From: a virus
Lineage: Duplodnaviria; Caudoviricetes
Reading direction: 5' to 3' (one strand)
DNA: 64,000 nucleotides
IMG/VR virus record: IMGVR_UViG_3300031813_000669
Span: 1 to 64,000 of that record
A program made the translations under genes and the position numbers. The notes beneath the pieces were generated by a model, which did not search any database, had not been told where the DNA came from, and saw nothing but the letters and a program-made list of their open reading frames with translations. Positions 27,972-36,322 of this stretch are shown piece after piece; the first letter of the stretch is position 1; each line of letters starts with the position of its first letter.

Positions 27972-28708
27972 ATGGGTTTCGACCTAATAACAAAGAGAGA
28001 TTGTCCGCATTGTGGTAAAGAAATTGGTGGAGGTCGTGGTAACCTAAAGACCCACATGAAAAAGTGTGCCAAGAAACTTGGTATTCTCGAAGATGTATTT
28101 GTACCCGTAAAGGAAATAAAAGGAGAAAATGAAATGAGTCTATTTGTTGAAGTGCATTCACTAGAAAAAGGGTGTCAGGTTATTATTAACCTAGATCATG
28201 TTATTGAAATTGCACCATTGGTTGCTGGTGGTTGTGCATTGTTTATGACTGATGGTTCTAATAAGATTTCGATCAATGTGGCTGATTCGTATGAACTATT
28301 CAAGCAGTTTGCCATGCAGACCGTTAGCTCAGAAGATATTGCAAGAAAGATTAAGTCATTGAAGGGTGCATAATGTCTAGGATCAGTTTTACTTTTAGTG
28401 ATAGAACGTATGAATCTATTGGTCCAGTGTGTAATGGTGAAAAACTTCAAAAACCAAAGAAACCTGAAAAGGTTGTTAATCTTGAAATTGATAATGTAGA
28501 ATCGATGCACATTGCTGAAATTGTTCATCACTTTGAACAATTCTTGAAGTCTAGTGGATATGTTATCTACGGAAATATTCGTGTTGTTAATCCTGGTTTC
28601 GAGTCACAACAAGAAAAATATTTTGGTACAATGTGGAAAGAACCTGATACTATTACAACTGTAAATGTATCAGCACAAACTCCACAAAATGGTAGATGGC
28701 AACTATAG
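27972..28708 (+). other. two hypothetical ORFs (27972-28373 with N-terminal CxxC..H..C finger; 28373-28708)
   Basis: ORF track; the first also has an internal GGAG RBS before MSLFVEVH. Confidence 0.55.
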
Positions 28709-28756
28709 TGTTTAGATAAATACCTGATTAATTAACAACTAATTAGGGATTTATAA

Positions 28757-30064
28757 ATGTTCATATTAGTAATAGACCCATGTGGTTTAACACTTGACTG
28801 GTGCCTACGCTGTATTGCAGCTGGGCACACAGTCAAACTTTTCACAGAAGGTAAAAAAGCAGAACCAATTGGACAGGGACTTGTTGATAAGGTAACCAAT
28901 TGGAAAAAGTATGTTGATGTTGCTGATTTAATATTTTCTTCCGACAATCTGAAATACATGGATGAAATTGATGACCTTATCAAAAAAGGTTATCCAGTAT
29001 TTGGTCCAGGTAAAAGAGCCGCAAAACTAGAACTTGATCGTATGTATGGTCAAGACGTTATCAAAGAATTTGGTGGTCCAATCATACCATCATATCCATT
29101 CAAGAATTACGACCAAGCAATTCAATTCATCAAAGATAATCCTAAGAGATATGTTTCTAAGCCAATAGGTGAAGAAGAAGATAAATCTCTGTCATATGTT
29201 GCAAAAGATGAGGCAGATATGATTGGATTCTTATCTAAGAGAAAAGAACTAGGTAAGGCCGCATCATTTATTCTACAAGAATTCAAACCCGGTGTCGAGG
29301 TAGCGGTAACAGGTATTTTCGGACCAGGTGGTTGGGAACCCTATTGGTGTGAAGGATTCGAACACAAAAAATTAATGGTTGATGAAAAAGGTCCCAATAC
29401 AGGTGAAATGGGAACTGTTATTCGTTACACCAAATACTCTAAACTAGCAAATATACTAATGAAACCAATGGAAGAAACTCTTCATAAGATTGGTTATGTT
29501 GGTATGTTAGACGTTAATGTTATTGTTGATGAAAAAGATGGTACACCATGGCCGATGGAATGGACCGCACGTCCAGGTTACCCGATGTTCAACATCATGT
29601 TGTCTCTCCATAAAGGCGATCCTGCCGAATGGATGTTAGATTGTGTCAAAGGTAAAAACACTCTGGAAGTTGAGGAGAAGACTGCCGTTGGTGTTGTTAT
29701 CTGCAACTCTGACTTCCCTTGGGCTAAGAAGCCAATCGAAACCTATCTTGATTTCCCTATTATCACAGATGATTGTGATATTGACCACGTTCATCCTTGT
29801 GAAGTAAAACTATGTACAACCATGAAGATGATTGATGATAAGGTTGTGGAAGATATTCCAGAATGGGGAACCGCAGGTACCTATGTTTGTGTTTGTACTG
29901 GTGTAGCTGATTCTATTACTGAAGCAAAAGATAAGGCTTATAAACAAATTAAAAATGTTAAAGTAGGAAATGACTACGGTTATCGTACTGATATTGGTGA
30001 AAAATGCGAAAAATATCTCAAAAAATTAAAGAAATTTGGTTATTGCACAGGATGGCGTTTTTAA
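28757..30064 (+). CDS. PurD (phosphoribosylamine-glycine ligase)-like ATP-grasp enzyme, divergent
   Basis: PVFGPGKRAAKLELDR.YG, LQEFKPGVEV, EHKKL.....GPNTGEMGT, GYVGML, EWTARPGYP, YRTDIG: PurD architecture with altered signatures. Confidence 0.75.
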   Translation: MFILVIDPCGLTLDWCLRCIAAGHTVKLFTEGKKAEPIGQGLVDKVTNWKKYVDVADLIFSSDNLKYMDEIDDLIKKGYPVFGPGKRAAKLELDRMYGQDVIKEFGGPIIPSYPFKNYDQAIQFIKDNPKRYVSKPIGEEEDKSLSYVAKDEADMIGFLSKRKELGKAASFILQEFKPGVEVAVTGIFGPGGWEPYWCEGFEHKKLMVDEKGPNTGEMGTVIRYTKYSKLANILMKPMEETLHKIGYVGMLDVNVIVDEKDGTPWPMEWTARPGYPMFNIMLSLHKGDPAEWMLDCVKGKNTLEVEEKTAVGVVICNSDFPWAKKPIETYLDFPIITDDCDIDHVHPCEVKLCTTMKMIDDKVVEDIPEWGTAGTYVCVCTGVADSITEAKDKAYKQIKNVKVGNDYGYRTDIGEKCEKYLKKLKKFGYCTGWRF

Positions 30065-30615
30065 TCAATTTTCTTACATTTCCATCCTTTATATTGATTT
30101 AATTTATTTTTTGACACCATATTCATACAACCAACATTTAAATTATTTTCTCTACAAAACTTCGACATATTTTTTATAATATATGACTTTCCGGCAGGAT
30201 CAATAATCAACCAATTACATGATTTTGATTCTGCCACTTTCAATATATGATTTTTATCTTTTGGTTTACCCTTATTAATACATCCATATCTGTTACCTTT
30301 GAAATGTAAGCTTATTTCTTTTTTTCTTTTTTCTGTATGTTTGTAACCAATAGTACTTTCGCCGCCATCTGTTTTATTGTGTAGAATTCCAGATCCATTA
30401 TCTTTTCTACCAAACCAACGTATGTAATATCTTTCCATCATCAAAGCTTGGATTTCAGACAAATCTTGTTTTATAAAGATTATTCTGGATTTGTCTTTCG
30501 GAGTGGAAATTCCATGTTTCCTATGACATTTATAGGCTCTATTTTGCTTTCCTTTTCCAACATAATATGGTGTATAATTTGAACGCAAATATAAATAAAC
30601 GTAATAAATACTCAT
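30061..30615 (-). CDS. GIY-YIG homing endonuclease
   Basis: YYVYLYLR...PYYVGKGK.NRAY...ERYYIRWFGRKD..SGILHNKTDGGE; close relative of 8827-9558. Confidence 0.9.
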   Translation of the reverse strand: MSIYYVYLYLRSNYTPYYVGKGKQNRAYKCHRKHGISTPKDKSRIIFIKQDLSEIQALMMERYYIRWFGRKDNGSGILHNKTDGGESTIGYKHTEKRKKEISLHFKGNRYGCINKGKPKDKNHILKVAESKSCNWLIIDPAGKSYIIKNMSKFCRENNLNVGCMNMVSKNKLNQYKGWKCKKID

Positions 30616-30670
30616 GCTGATACTCCTGTTTAGTATTAGAATAGGTGGGGATTGCAGTCCCGTGACCTAT
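30616..30670 (-). ncRNA. structured endonuclease-leader element, copy D
   Basis: Sense: ATAGGT-CAC-GGGA-CTGCAA-TCCC-C-ACCTAT-TCTAATACT-AAACA-GGAGTATCAGC-ATG; TATAAATA on the minus strand at 30674-30681. Confidence 0.75.
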
Positions 30671-30745
30671 ATTTATTTATAGCACTTGACTTAACGACTC
30701 ATGTATGTTACAATGACCATTCTCATGACTGTTTTATAATACACT

Positions 30746-31315
30746 ATGAATATTTTCTATCTTGATTCTGACCCAAAAGTTTGTGCTCAAATGCACAATG
30801 ACAAGCATTGCATTAAAATGATTTTAGAATATGCACAATTACTCTCTACTGCTCACCGTGTTCTCGATGGCGTTATTACTCAAGGTACTTCTCCGTCTGG
30901 AAGAAAGCGAACAACATACAGACTTGCAGACCATCGTGAAAGTGTGCTTTATTCTGCTACTCATATCAACCACCCTTCCGCTATTTGGGTAAGACAATCT
31001 CACAATAATTATATGTGGTTGTCTGAATTATTGATCGAATTGTGTAAAGAATACACATATCGTTACGGTAAAGTTCATAAGGTTGAACGTGATGGTCTTT
31101 TGAGTCAGTTATTGCATTCACCAGAAAATATCAATCTCAGTAAATCCTTTACAGAACCGACTCCAGCTATGCCTGATGAGGTAAAAATTTTAGGTAATTC
31201 TATTGAGTCGTATCGTAATTACTATATAAAGAATAAAACTAAACTTGCCTCATGGAAAGGTAAAGTAAATTCACGTTCAATACCGGAGTGGTATAATGCC
31301 AGTTTATCAGTTTAA
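30746..31315 (+). CDS. pyrimidine-dimer DNA glycosylase/endonuclease V-like protein
   Basis: MNIFYLD.DP..CAQ.H.DKH..KMILEYAQLLSTAH...ATH.NHPSAIWVRQS; promoter TTGACT-17-TACAAT at 30686-30714. Confidence 0.6.
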   Translation: MNIFYLDSDPKVCAQMHNDKHCIKMILEYAQLLSTAHRVLDGVITQGTSPSGRKRTTYRLADHRESVLYSATHINHPSAIWVRQSHNNYMWLSELLIELCKEYTYRYGKVHKVERDGLLSQLLHSPENINLSKSFTEPTPAMPDEVKILGNSIESYRNYYIKNKTKLASWKGKVNSRSIPEWYNASLSV

Positions 31316-31577
31316 AAATGTAAATACAGGTGAAGTAGAAGAACACATGATGAGTTATACCAAATTGGATGAGTTTAAGGAACAAAATCCACATTTGGAA
31401 AGACACTTTGCACCGGAGAATCTACCAGTCCTTGGTGATAGTATGAGAATGAGTTTACCCAAGTATAGTCAAGGTGACCCCGCTTTTGAACATGGTGTAA
31501 TTGATCGTATTAAAGAATCTGTACCAGGTAATACACTCAAAGACAACCATAAAACACAAGGATCTAAGTGGATTTAA
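31296..31577 (+). CDS. conserved T4-like hypothetical protein (FmdB-like N-terminus)
   Basis: MPVYQFKNVNTGEVEEHMMSY...NPHLE pattern, usually found upstream of phoH. Confidence 0.6.
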   Translation: MPVYQFKNVNTGEVEEHMMSYTKLDEFKEQNPHLERHFAPENLPVLGDSMRMSLPKYSQGDPAFEHGVIDRIKESVPGNTLKDNHKTQGSKWI

Positions 31578-31604
31578 TTTTCTCAACAACCCAACAGGGA
31601 TACC

Positions 31605-32306
31605 ATGGCAACAAAAAAAAGAACAGCCGCAGAGGAAGCACAGAAGCAACATTTCTCAATAAGAAATATTGAGCCATTAACGGAGAATCAAGCAAGAGCA
31701 TTCGAAGCATACGAAGAAGGTAAAAATCTAGTATTATCAGGGTCAGCTGGTACAGGTAAAACTTTTCTTGCAATGTCTATGGCATTACGAGAACTGATTA
31801 AAAATCCCGGTTCGTATTATAAGAAATTGATTATCATCCGTTCTGCGGTACCATCAAGGGATTTGGGTTTTGTACCTGGTACATTGGAAGAAAAGTCCAA
31901 GATATACCAGGATCCTTATATGAATATAGCTAATGAACTAATTGGGAGAGGCGATGCCTGGCATTTTTTGGTTAACAAAGAGATTATCGAATTTCAGACT
32001 ACTTCTTTCTTACGGGGTCTTACTTTTACTGATTGTATCATTATCTTTGATGAGTTTCAGTCTGCTACATTTCATGAAATTGATACCGTTTTAACTCGTA
32101 TCGGTGAGAATTGCAGATTCGTTCTATGTGGTGATTTCTGTCAGAATGACCTAAGTATTAAAAGAGAAAAGTCTGGTTTTGAAGATGCAATCAGAATTCT
32201 ACGTCAGATTAATGATGTAAAAGAAGTTAAATTTACTATTGATGATGTTGTTCGTTCTGGTTTTGTTCGTGAATATTTAAAAGAGAAAGAAAGACAAGGA
32301 CTATGA
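31605..32306 (+). CDS. phoH: PhoH-like ATPase
   Basis: IEPLTENQ, GSAGTGKTFLA, RSAVPSRDLGFVPG, SFLRGLTF, IFDEFQ, LTRIGEN, CGDFCQND, DDVVRSGFVREY. Confidence 0.95.
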   Translation: MATKKRTAAEEAQKQHFSIRNIEPLTENQARAFEAYEEGKNLVLSGSAGTGKTFLAMSMALRELIKNPGSYYKKLIIIRSAVPSRDLGFVPGTLEEKSKIYQDPYMNIANELIGRGDAWHFLVNKEIIEFQTTSFLRGLTFTDCIIIFDEFQSATFHEIDTVLTRIGENCRFVLCGDFCQNDLSIKREKSGFEDAIRILRQINDVKEVKFTIDDVVRSGFVREYLKEKERQGL

Positions 32307-32974
32307 AATTTAATTATTGCCCACCTATACAGATTCCTGAACTGGAGTCAGTAACATATCCAGATGGAAAAAGATATTATCTCACCCCAGACGGAGATAA
32401 GTTTCCATCAGTTACAACTGTTGTGGGTTCGGTAAAAAAGAAACAGATAATGGAATGGAGAAAACGTGTTGGTGATGAAGAAGCCAATAGAGTATCCAGA
32501 GTAGCATCAAACAGAGGAACAACCGTTCATACCTTGTGTGAACGGTACCTCAATAATGAATCTGTTGGTTCTGATGATATTATGCCCGATGCCTTTGCTA
32601 TGTTTAGGTCAATCAGACCTATTCTTGATGATATTAATAACATTCATTATCAAGAACAAGCACTATGGTCCAAATCGTTGGGTCTAGCAGGTCGTGTTGA
32701 TTGTATTGCAGAATTTAAAGGTCAACTTTCAGTAATCGACTTTAAAACTTCAAACAGAATCAAACACGAAGAAGATATTGAAGATTATTTCTGGCAATGC
32801 ACCGCATATGCTTTGATGTATGAAGAACTGGTGGGAATACCTATTCATAATATTCATATCATTATGGCTGTTGAAGGTAGTAAACCAATTGTGTTTAGTA
32901 AAAGAACAGAAGATTATATTTCAGGTCTGGTCAAGGTCATCCGAGACTACAACAAGGGCTTGACAAATTCTTAA
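32303..32974 (+). CDS. PD-(D/E)XK exonuclease (Cas4-like, T4-like phage exonuclease)
   Basis: PSVTTV, RGTTVH..CERYL, LAGRVDCIAEF.GQLSVIDFKTS, QCTAYALMYEE. Confidence 0.9.
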   Translation: MKFNYCPPIQIPELESVTYPDGKRYYLTPDGDKFPSVTTVVGSVKKKQIMEWRKRVGDEEANRVSRVASNRGTTVHTLCERYLNNESVGSDDIMPDAFAMFRSIRPILDDINNIHYQEQALWSKSLGLAGRVDCIAEFKGQLSVIDFKTSNRIKHEEDIEDYFWQCTAYALMYEELVGIPIHNIHIIMAVEGSKPIVFSKRTEDYISGLVKVIRDYNKGLTNS

Positions 32975-33122
32975 TTTTCATATATAATAGTACAATGAAA
33001 GTAAAAGAACTCATACAAAAATATTTCGAAGCAATCTTCAACAAAGACTCCCAAAAGGAAGAAAAGTTGTATAAGAAGATTACCAAGAAGAGTCTGAAAG
33101 GTAAAAAGACTCAAAGAATTCG

Positions 33123-33770
33123 TTGATGTTGTTGAAAATAATGATACTGGAAATAAATGAAAAAGATTTAACCGATATCAAAAGAAAAATTAAATATCTG
33201 GTTAATCTCAAAGAAAACTTAATGAAAGAACAAGATATTAGGCTTGTTCAGGATGATAAACTTGAGAAAAAACTTAGAGGTAAGGAAAAAGATTACCAAT
33301 CAATATTGAGATTATATGAATCTAATATTAGTCAAATTTATGAGAAAAAAGATATAAATTCTTTTTATGTTTATTTTCATTGTGATCCCAATATACCATT
33401 GAATATTAATAAAAATGCAAAAAATTTATTTGCAGCTTCTATAGGATTAACTCATCAACCTTTCTATGTTGGTAAAGGAACAGGTGATAGATTCAATGAT
33501 ACTAACAGGAATGATAGTTACGCAAAGAAAAAACAACAGATAAAACAGTCCGACAAAGAAATTATTATAGTTAAATGGAAAGAGAATTTAACTGAAGATG
33601 AATCTTTTTCATATGAATCAAAATTTATTGATATTTTTGGATTAATTTCGTTCAGTCAATATAATTGGTTGGTCAATTTAGACGAAGGTAAAGATAAAGA
33701 AAAAAGAAGAAATCTATATAAGAGAGGTTCAAAAAGAATTTTACTATCGAATAAAATGATAGTTAATTAA
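33123..33770 (+). CDS. GIY-YIG (LEM-3-like) endonuclease
   Basis: FYVYFHCDP...PFYVGKGTGDR...YESKFIDIFG...LVN. Confidence 0.75.
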   Translation: MMLLKIMILEINEKDLTDIKRKIKYLVNLKENLMKEQDIRLVQDDKLEKKLRGKEKDYQSILRLYESNISQIYEKKDINSFYVYFHCDPNIPLNINKNAKNLFAASIGLTHQPFYVGKGTGDRFNDTNRNDSYAKKKQQIKQSDKEIIIVKWKENLTEDESFSYESKFIDIFGLISFSQYNWLVNLDEGKDKEKRRNLYKRGSKRILLSNKMIVN

Positions 33771-33774
33771 TCTG

Positions 33775-34185
33775 CCACATATTTCTGTGGCAACTTTATA
33801 ATGTAGTTGCAGGAAGACAGCGGGGCAGTACCGCTCCACTCCACCAAAAGGACATTTATGACAGATTTGGAAATAATAGAAGAAGTCAATCAATGGTTTA
33901 GTAAAAATCATCATATGTTCAAAACTGATGAATACTACGGGATTGATATTGTCTGTGAGTTGTATAAACTTGTCAATAAGTGTGCTTCTGATGGGGTGGA
34001 ACCAGTATCGATTCGGTAATGAAGTTATAAGGGGATCGGCAAGAATCAGAAGCCGTTAGGATTGGGGTTACCCGGTCGAAGATGATAAATAAAAGTAATT
34101 GCAAACGATAGCGATTATTCTTACGCTCTTGCAGCGTAAGTGAGGTTTCGGTAGGTTGACCTTATCACAAGAATAACCTACCACT
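33775..34185 (+). ncRNA. ssrA: circularly permuted (two-piece) tmRNA: acceptor piece ~33775-33846, intervening segment 33847-33992, coding piece from 33993
   Basis: T-arm AGCGG-GGCAGTA-CCGCT plus CCACTCC-A-CCA (33819-33846) comes before the 5' end GGGGTGG (33993). The acceptor stem pairs with G3.U70. Tag GCA...GCG TAA (34101-34139) = ANDSDYSYALAA. Helix-2 pairing TTATAAGG/CTTTATAA between the pieces. Outer boundaries are approximate. Confidence 0.9.
33858..34019 (+). CDS. putative 53-aa ORF inside the tmRNA intervening segment
   Basis: AAGGA RBS, ATG 33858; MTDLEIIEEVNQWFSKNHH...SDGVEPVSIR. Confidence 0.4.
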   Translation: MTDLEIIEEVNQWFSKNHHMFKTDEYYGIDIVCELYKLVNKCASDGVEPVSIR

Positions 34186-34371
34186 TTTATCAACAACAGA
34201 AGGTAACTACAAATTATTATTTGATTTTGACTCAATCGGGAATTTACAACTCCCTGTTTTTTAAACACTCCAAAAAGTAAAAAAAGCGAAAAAGTCTATT
34301 CGTAACTGGAGACCAAGAGTTTTCTGAGAATACTATTCTCTTAAATCTCGTAATCAAGAGGTAAGAAAACG

Positions 34372-34725
34372 ATGTATTCGAAACATCTAAAACCAAAACT
34401 TTTGTCATTAATTTTTCTGGCATTGTTATCAACAAACTTAATGGCACAAACTGGTACAGCATCATGGTATGGACATCCACACCATGGTAAAAAAACTGCA
34501 TCAGGTCAGATATATAATATGCATCATTTGACAGCTGCTCACCGGACAATTAAATTAGGATCTAAAGTAAAAGTAACCAATTTAAAGAATAAAAAGTCTG
34601 TGGTTGTTACAATCAATGATCGGGGACCTTTTGCAAAAGGTCGTATTATTGACCTTTCTCATGCAGCTAAAACTGCAATTGATATGGATGGTACTGCAAA
34701 AGTGAGTTTAGAAATTTTGGATTGA
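34372..34725 (+). CDS. rlpA: RlpA-family lytic transglycosylase (DPBB) with signal peptide
   Basis: GTASWYG...KTASGQ.YN...[37 protein letters not shown]. Confidence 0.92.
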   Translation: MYSKHLKPKLLSLIFLALLSTNLMAQTGTASWYGHPHHGKKTASGQIYNMHHLTAAHRTIKLGSKVKVTNLKNKKSVVVTINDRGPFAKGRIIDLSHAAKTAIDMDGTAKVSLEILD

Positions 34726-34900
34726 CACAGAGATCAAACTATGATATCCTTTACTGTACATGAATATTGTGAAGATGGTATAATGATAACCAGGCATGAA
34801 CCTATTGAACCTCCTGTTCAAGGTCTGTCTCCAAATTATACATCTACAATCAAAATGAAAAAGTCTGAATTGACGCATCTAATTAATATATTGAGTGATT

Positions 34901-35128
34901 ATGTCGAAACCAAGTAAGGATGAAATACAAGAATTTAGTATGATGATTGAGGTTATGGCATCCGATCTTAAATGTAATAGGTTGGATGCCATTCTTCATC
35001 ATTGTGAAGAAACTGGTCTTGAAGTTGAAGTGGCCAGCACATTACTATCATCTGCTCTGAAAGGTAAAATCAGAGAAGAATCTGAACAACAAAATTTGGT
35101 AAAGAAATCATCTAAACTGCCAATATGA
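34901..35128 (+). CDS. gp33: late promoter transcription co-activator gp33
   Basis: DAILHHCEETGLEVEVASTLLSSALKGKIREE; position immediately before gp59 and gp32. Confidence 0.8.
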   Translation: MSKPSKDEIQEFSMMIEVMASDLKCNRLDAILHHCEETGLEVEVASTLLSSALKGKIREESEQQNLVKKSSKLPI

Positions 35129-35727
35129 TTTTAATTGAAGGTGAAGGTTTTAGTGCCTACGCCATTTATAATGCAATACATCTGCATTTTACTTCAAGTA
35201 GTTATGATTACTTCAAGTATAATGGCGGTACTAATGTAAGTAAAGATTCATTTCTGAAAAGGAATGATAAATATAAGTTTCATAAACTATCCAGAAAATA
35301 CTCAAATGATGAGTTAAGAGATTATTTTGTCTCTAATTTTATTCATGCTGAGGTAAACTGGGTAGGTGATATTGTAGGTGAAACGGGTGAAACTACCTAT
35401 CGTGACTGGAAGAAAAGGAATCAAAGTCTGACTTATGTATATCAGAATGATATCAAGACTTTATTTGATGAGGTAGATAGTCCAGGTGATCTTTTGGCAA
35501 TTAAGTCAGGTAACTATCCTAGACTGTTGAAGGTAACAATGGAAGGTAGAATTTCACTTGAAACTTTATGTATATTGAATGATATTATGAATTTCTTTCC
35601 TATGTGGGAAAAAAAGATAGATGATGATATAATATGGCCGACCTGGAAAAGAAAGGTTGAACGATATACACCGTTTATCAATTATGATAAAGATAAGTTT
35701 AAGAAGATACTGAAGGAAGAAATATGA
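35125..35727 (+). CDS. gp59: helicase loader gp59
   Basis: Y.AIHLHFTS.SYDYFKYNG.T.VS..SF.KR.DKY.F.KLSRKY...ISLETL.IL. Confidence 0.9.
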   Translation: MILIEGEGFSAYAIYNAIHLHFTSSSYDYFKYNGGTNVSKDSFLKRNDKYKFHKLSRKYSNDELRDYFVSNFIHAEVNWVGDIVGETGETTYRDWKKRNQSLTYVYQNDIKTLFDEVDSPGDLLAIKSGNYPRLLKVTMEGRISLETLCILNDIMNFFPMWEKKIDDDIIWPTWKRKVERYTPFINYDKDKFKKILKEEI

Positions 35728-36215
35728 AAAAGCCACAAATTAGTTGCATCTACCTTGATATGGATGGGGTTATTGCAGACTTTGAAAAGAGATATAAAGA
35801 ACTCTTTCATATGGAACCTAGAGAGGCTGAAAAACAGGAAAAGTTTAGGCCATTCTTTGCTGAATTTATCAGAAACCAAAACTTTGCTTCACTTGAACCA
35901 ATGGAACATTCTATGGATGCCATTTCTTATTTGAAGAAACTCCATGTTCCTACGCAGATACTTTCTTCTACAGCCAATGAGAAATATTATGATGATATTT
36001 CTAAACAGAAGATGATTTGGTTACAGAAGTATGGTATCACATTTAACCCTATTTTTGTTCCAGGTAAAAGACTGAAACAACAATATGCCGCACCTGATAA
36101 GATTTTGATTGATGATACAGAAATCAACATCAAGCAATGGAATGAAGCAGGAGGCATTGGTATTCTCCATAAAGATTGGGAAACCACTCTGGCCATTCTT
36201 AAAATGTATGTCTAA
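35724..36215 (+). CDS. 5'(3')-deoxyribonucleotidase (HAD)
   Basis: IYLDMDGVIADF, ILSST, ILIDD...NI.QW..AGGIGILH. Confidence 0.85.
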   Translation: MKKPQISCIYLDMDGVIADFEKRYKELFHMEPREAEKQEKFRPFFAEFIRNQNFASLEPMEHSMDAISYLKKLHVPTQILSSTANEKYYDDISKQKMIWLQKYGITFNPIFVPGKRLKQQYAAPDKILIDDTEINIKQWNEAGGIGILHKDWETTLAILKMYV

Positions 36216-36223
36216 ATAGGGGA

Positions 36224-36322
36224 TTGACAATAAATCTATATTATGTTATAATCCGTTTTTCATTATGTGTAAGTGATATATTCCGTTAATACACCGTTAT
36301 ACACCGTTAATAAGAGGTAATT
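36224..36322 (+). promoter_or_regulatory. gp32 promoter (TTGACA-17-TATAAT) and repeat-containing leader
   Basis: -35 at 36224, -10 at 36247; CCGTTA(A)TA repeats at 36283-36313. Confidence 0.65.

Noticed and set aside
28351-28362. TTAAGTCATTGA, reverse complement of the AATCAATGACTTA-like box
   Set aside because: Lies inside a coding region (IKSLK) with no associated promoter; probably chance.
27972-28373. Frameshifted or pseudogenised endonuclease remnant (zinc finger after the HNH-AP2 gene)
   Set aside because: The frame is open and has an internal RBS; cannot distinguish a fusion from two in-frame starts, and there is no sign of decay.
33819-33846. tRNA gene suggested by the T-arm and CCA end
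   Set aside because: No D-arm or anticodon arm upstream; the matching 5' strand and a tag ORF lie downstream, so it is the tmRNA acceptor piece.
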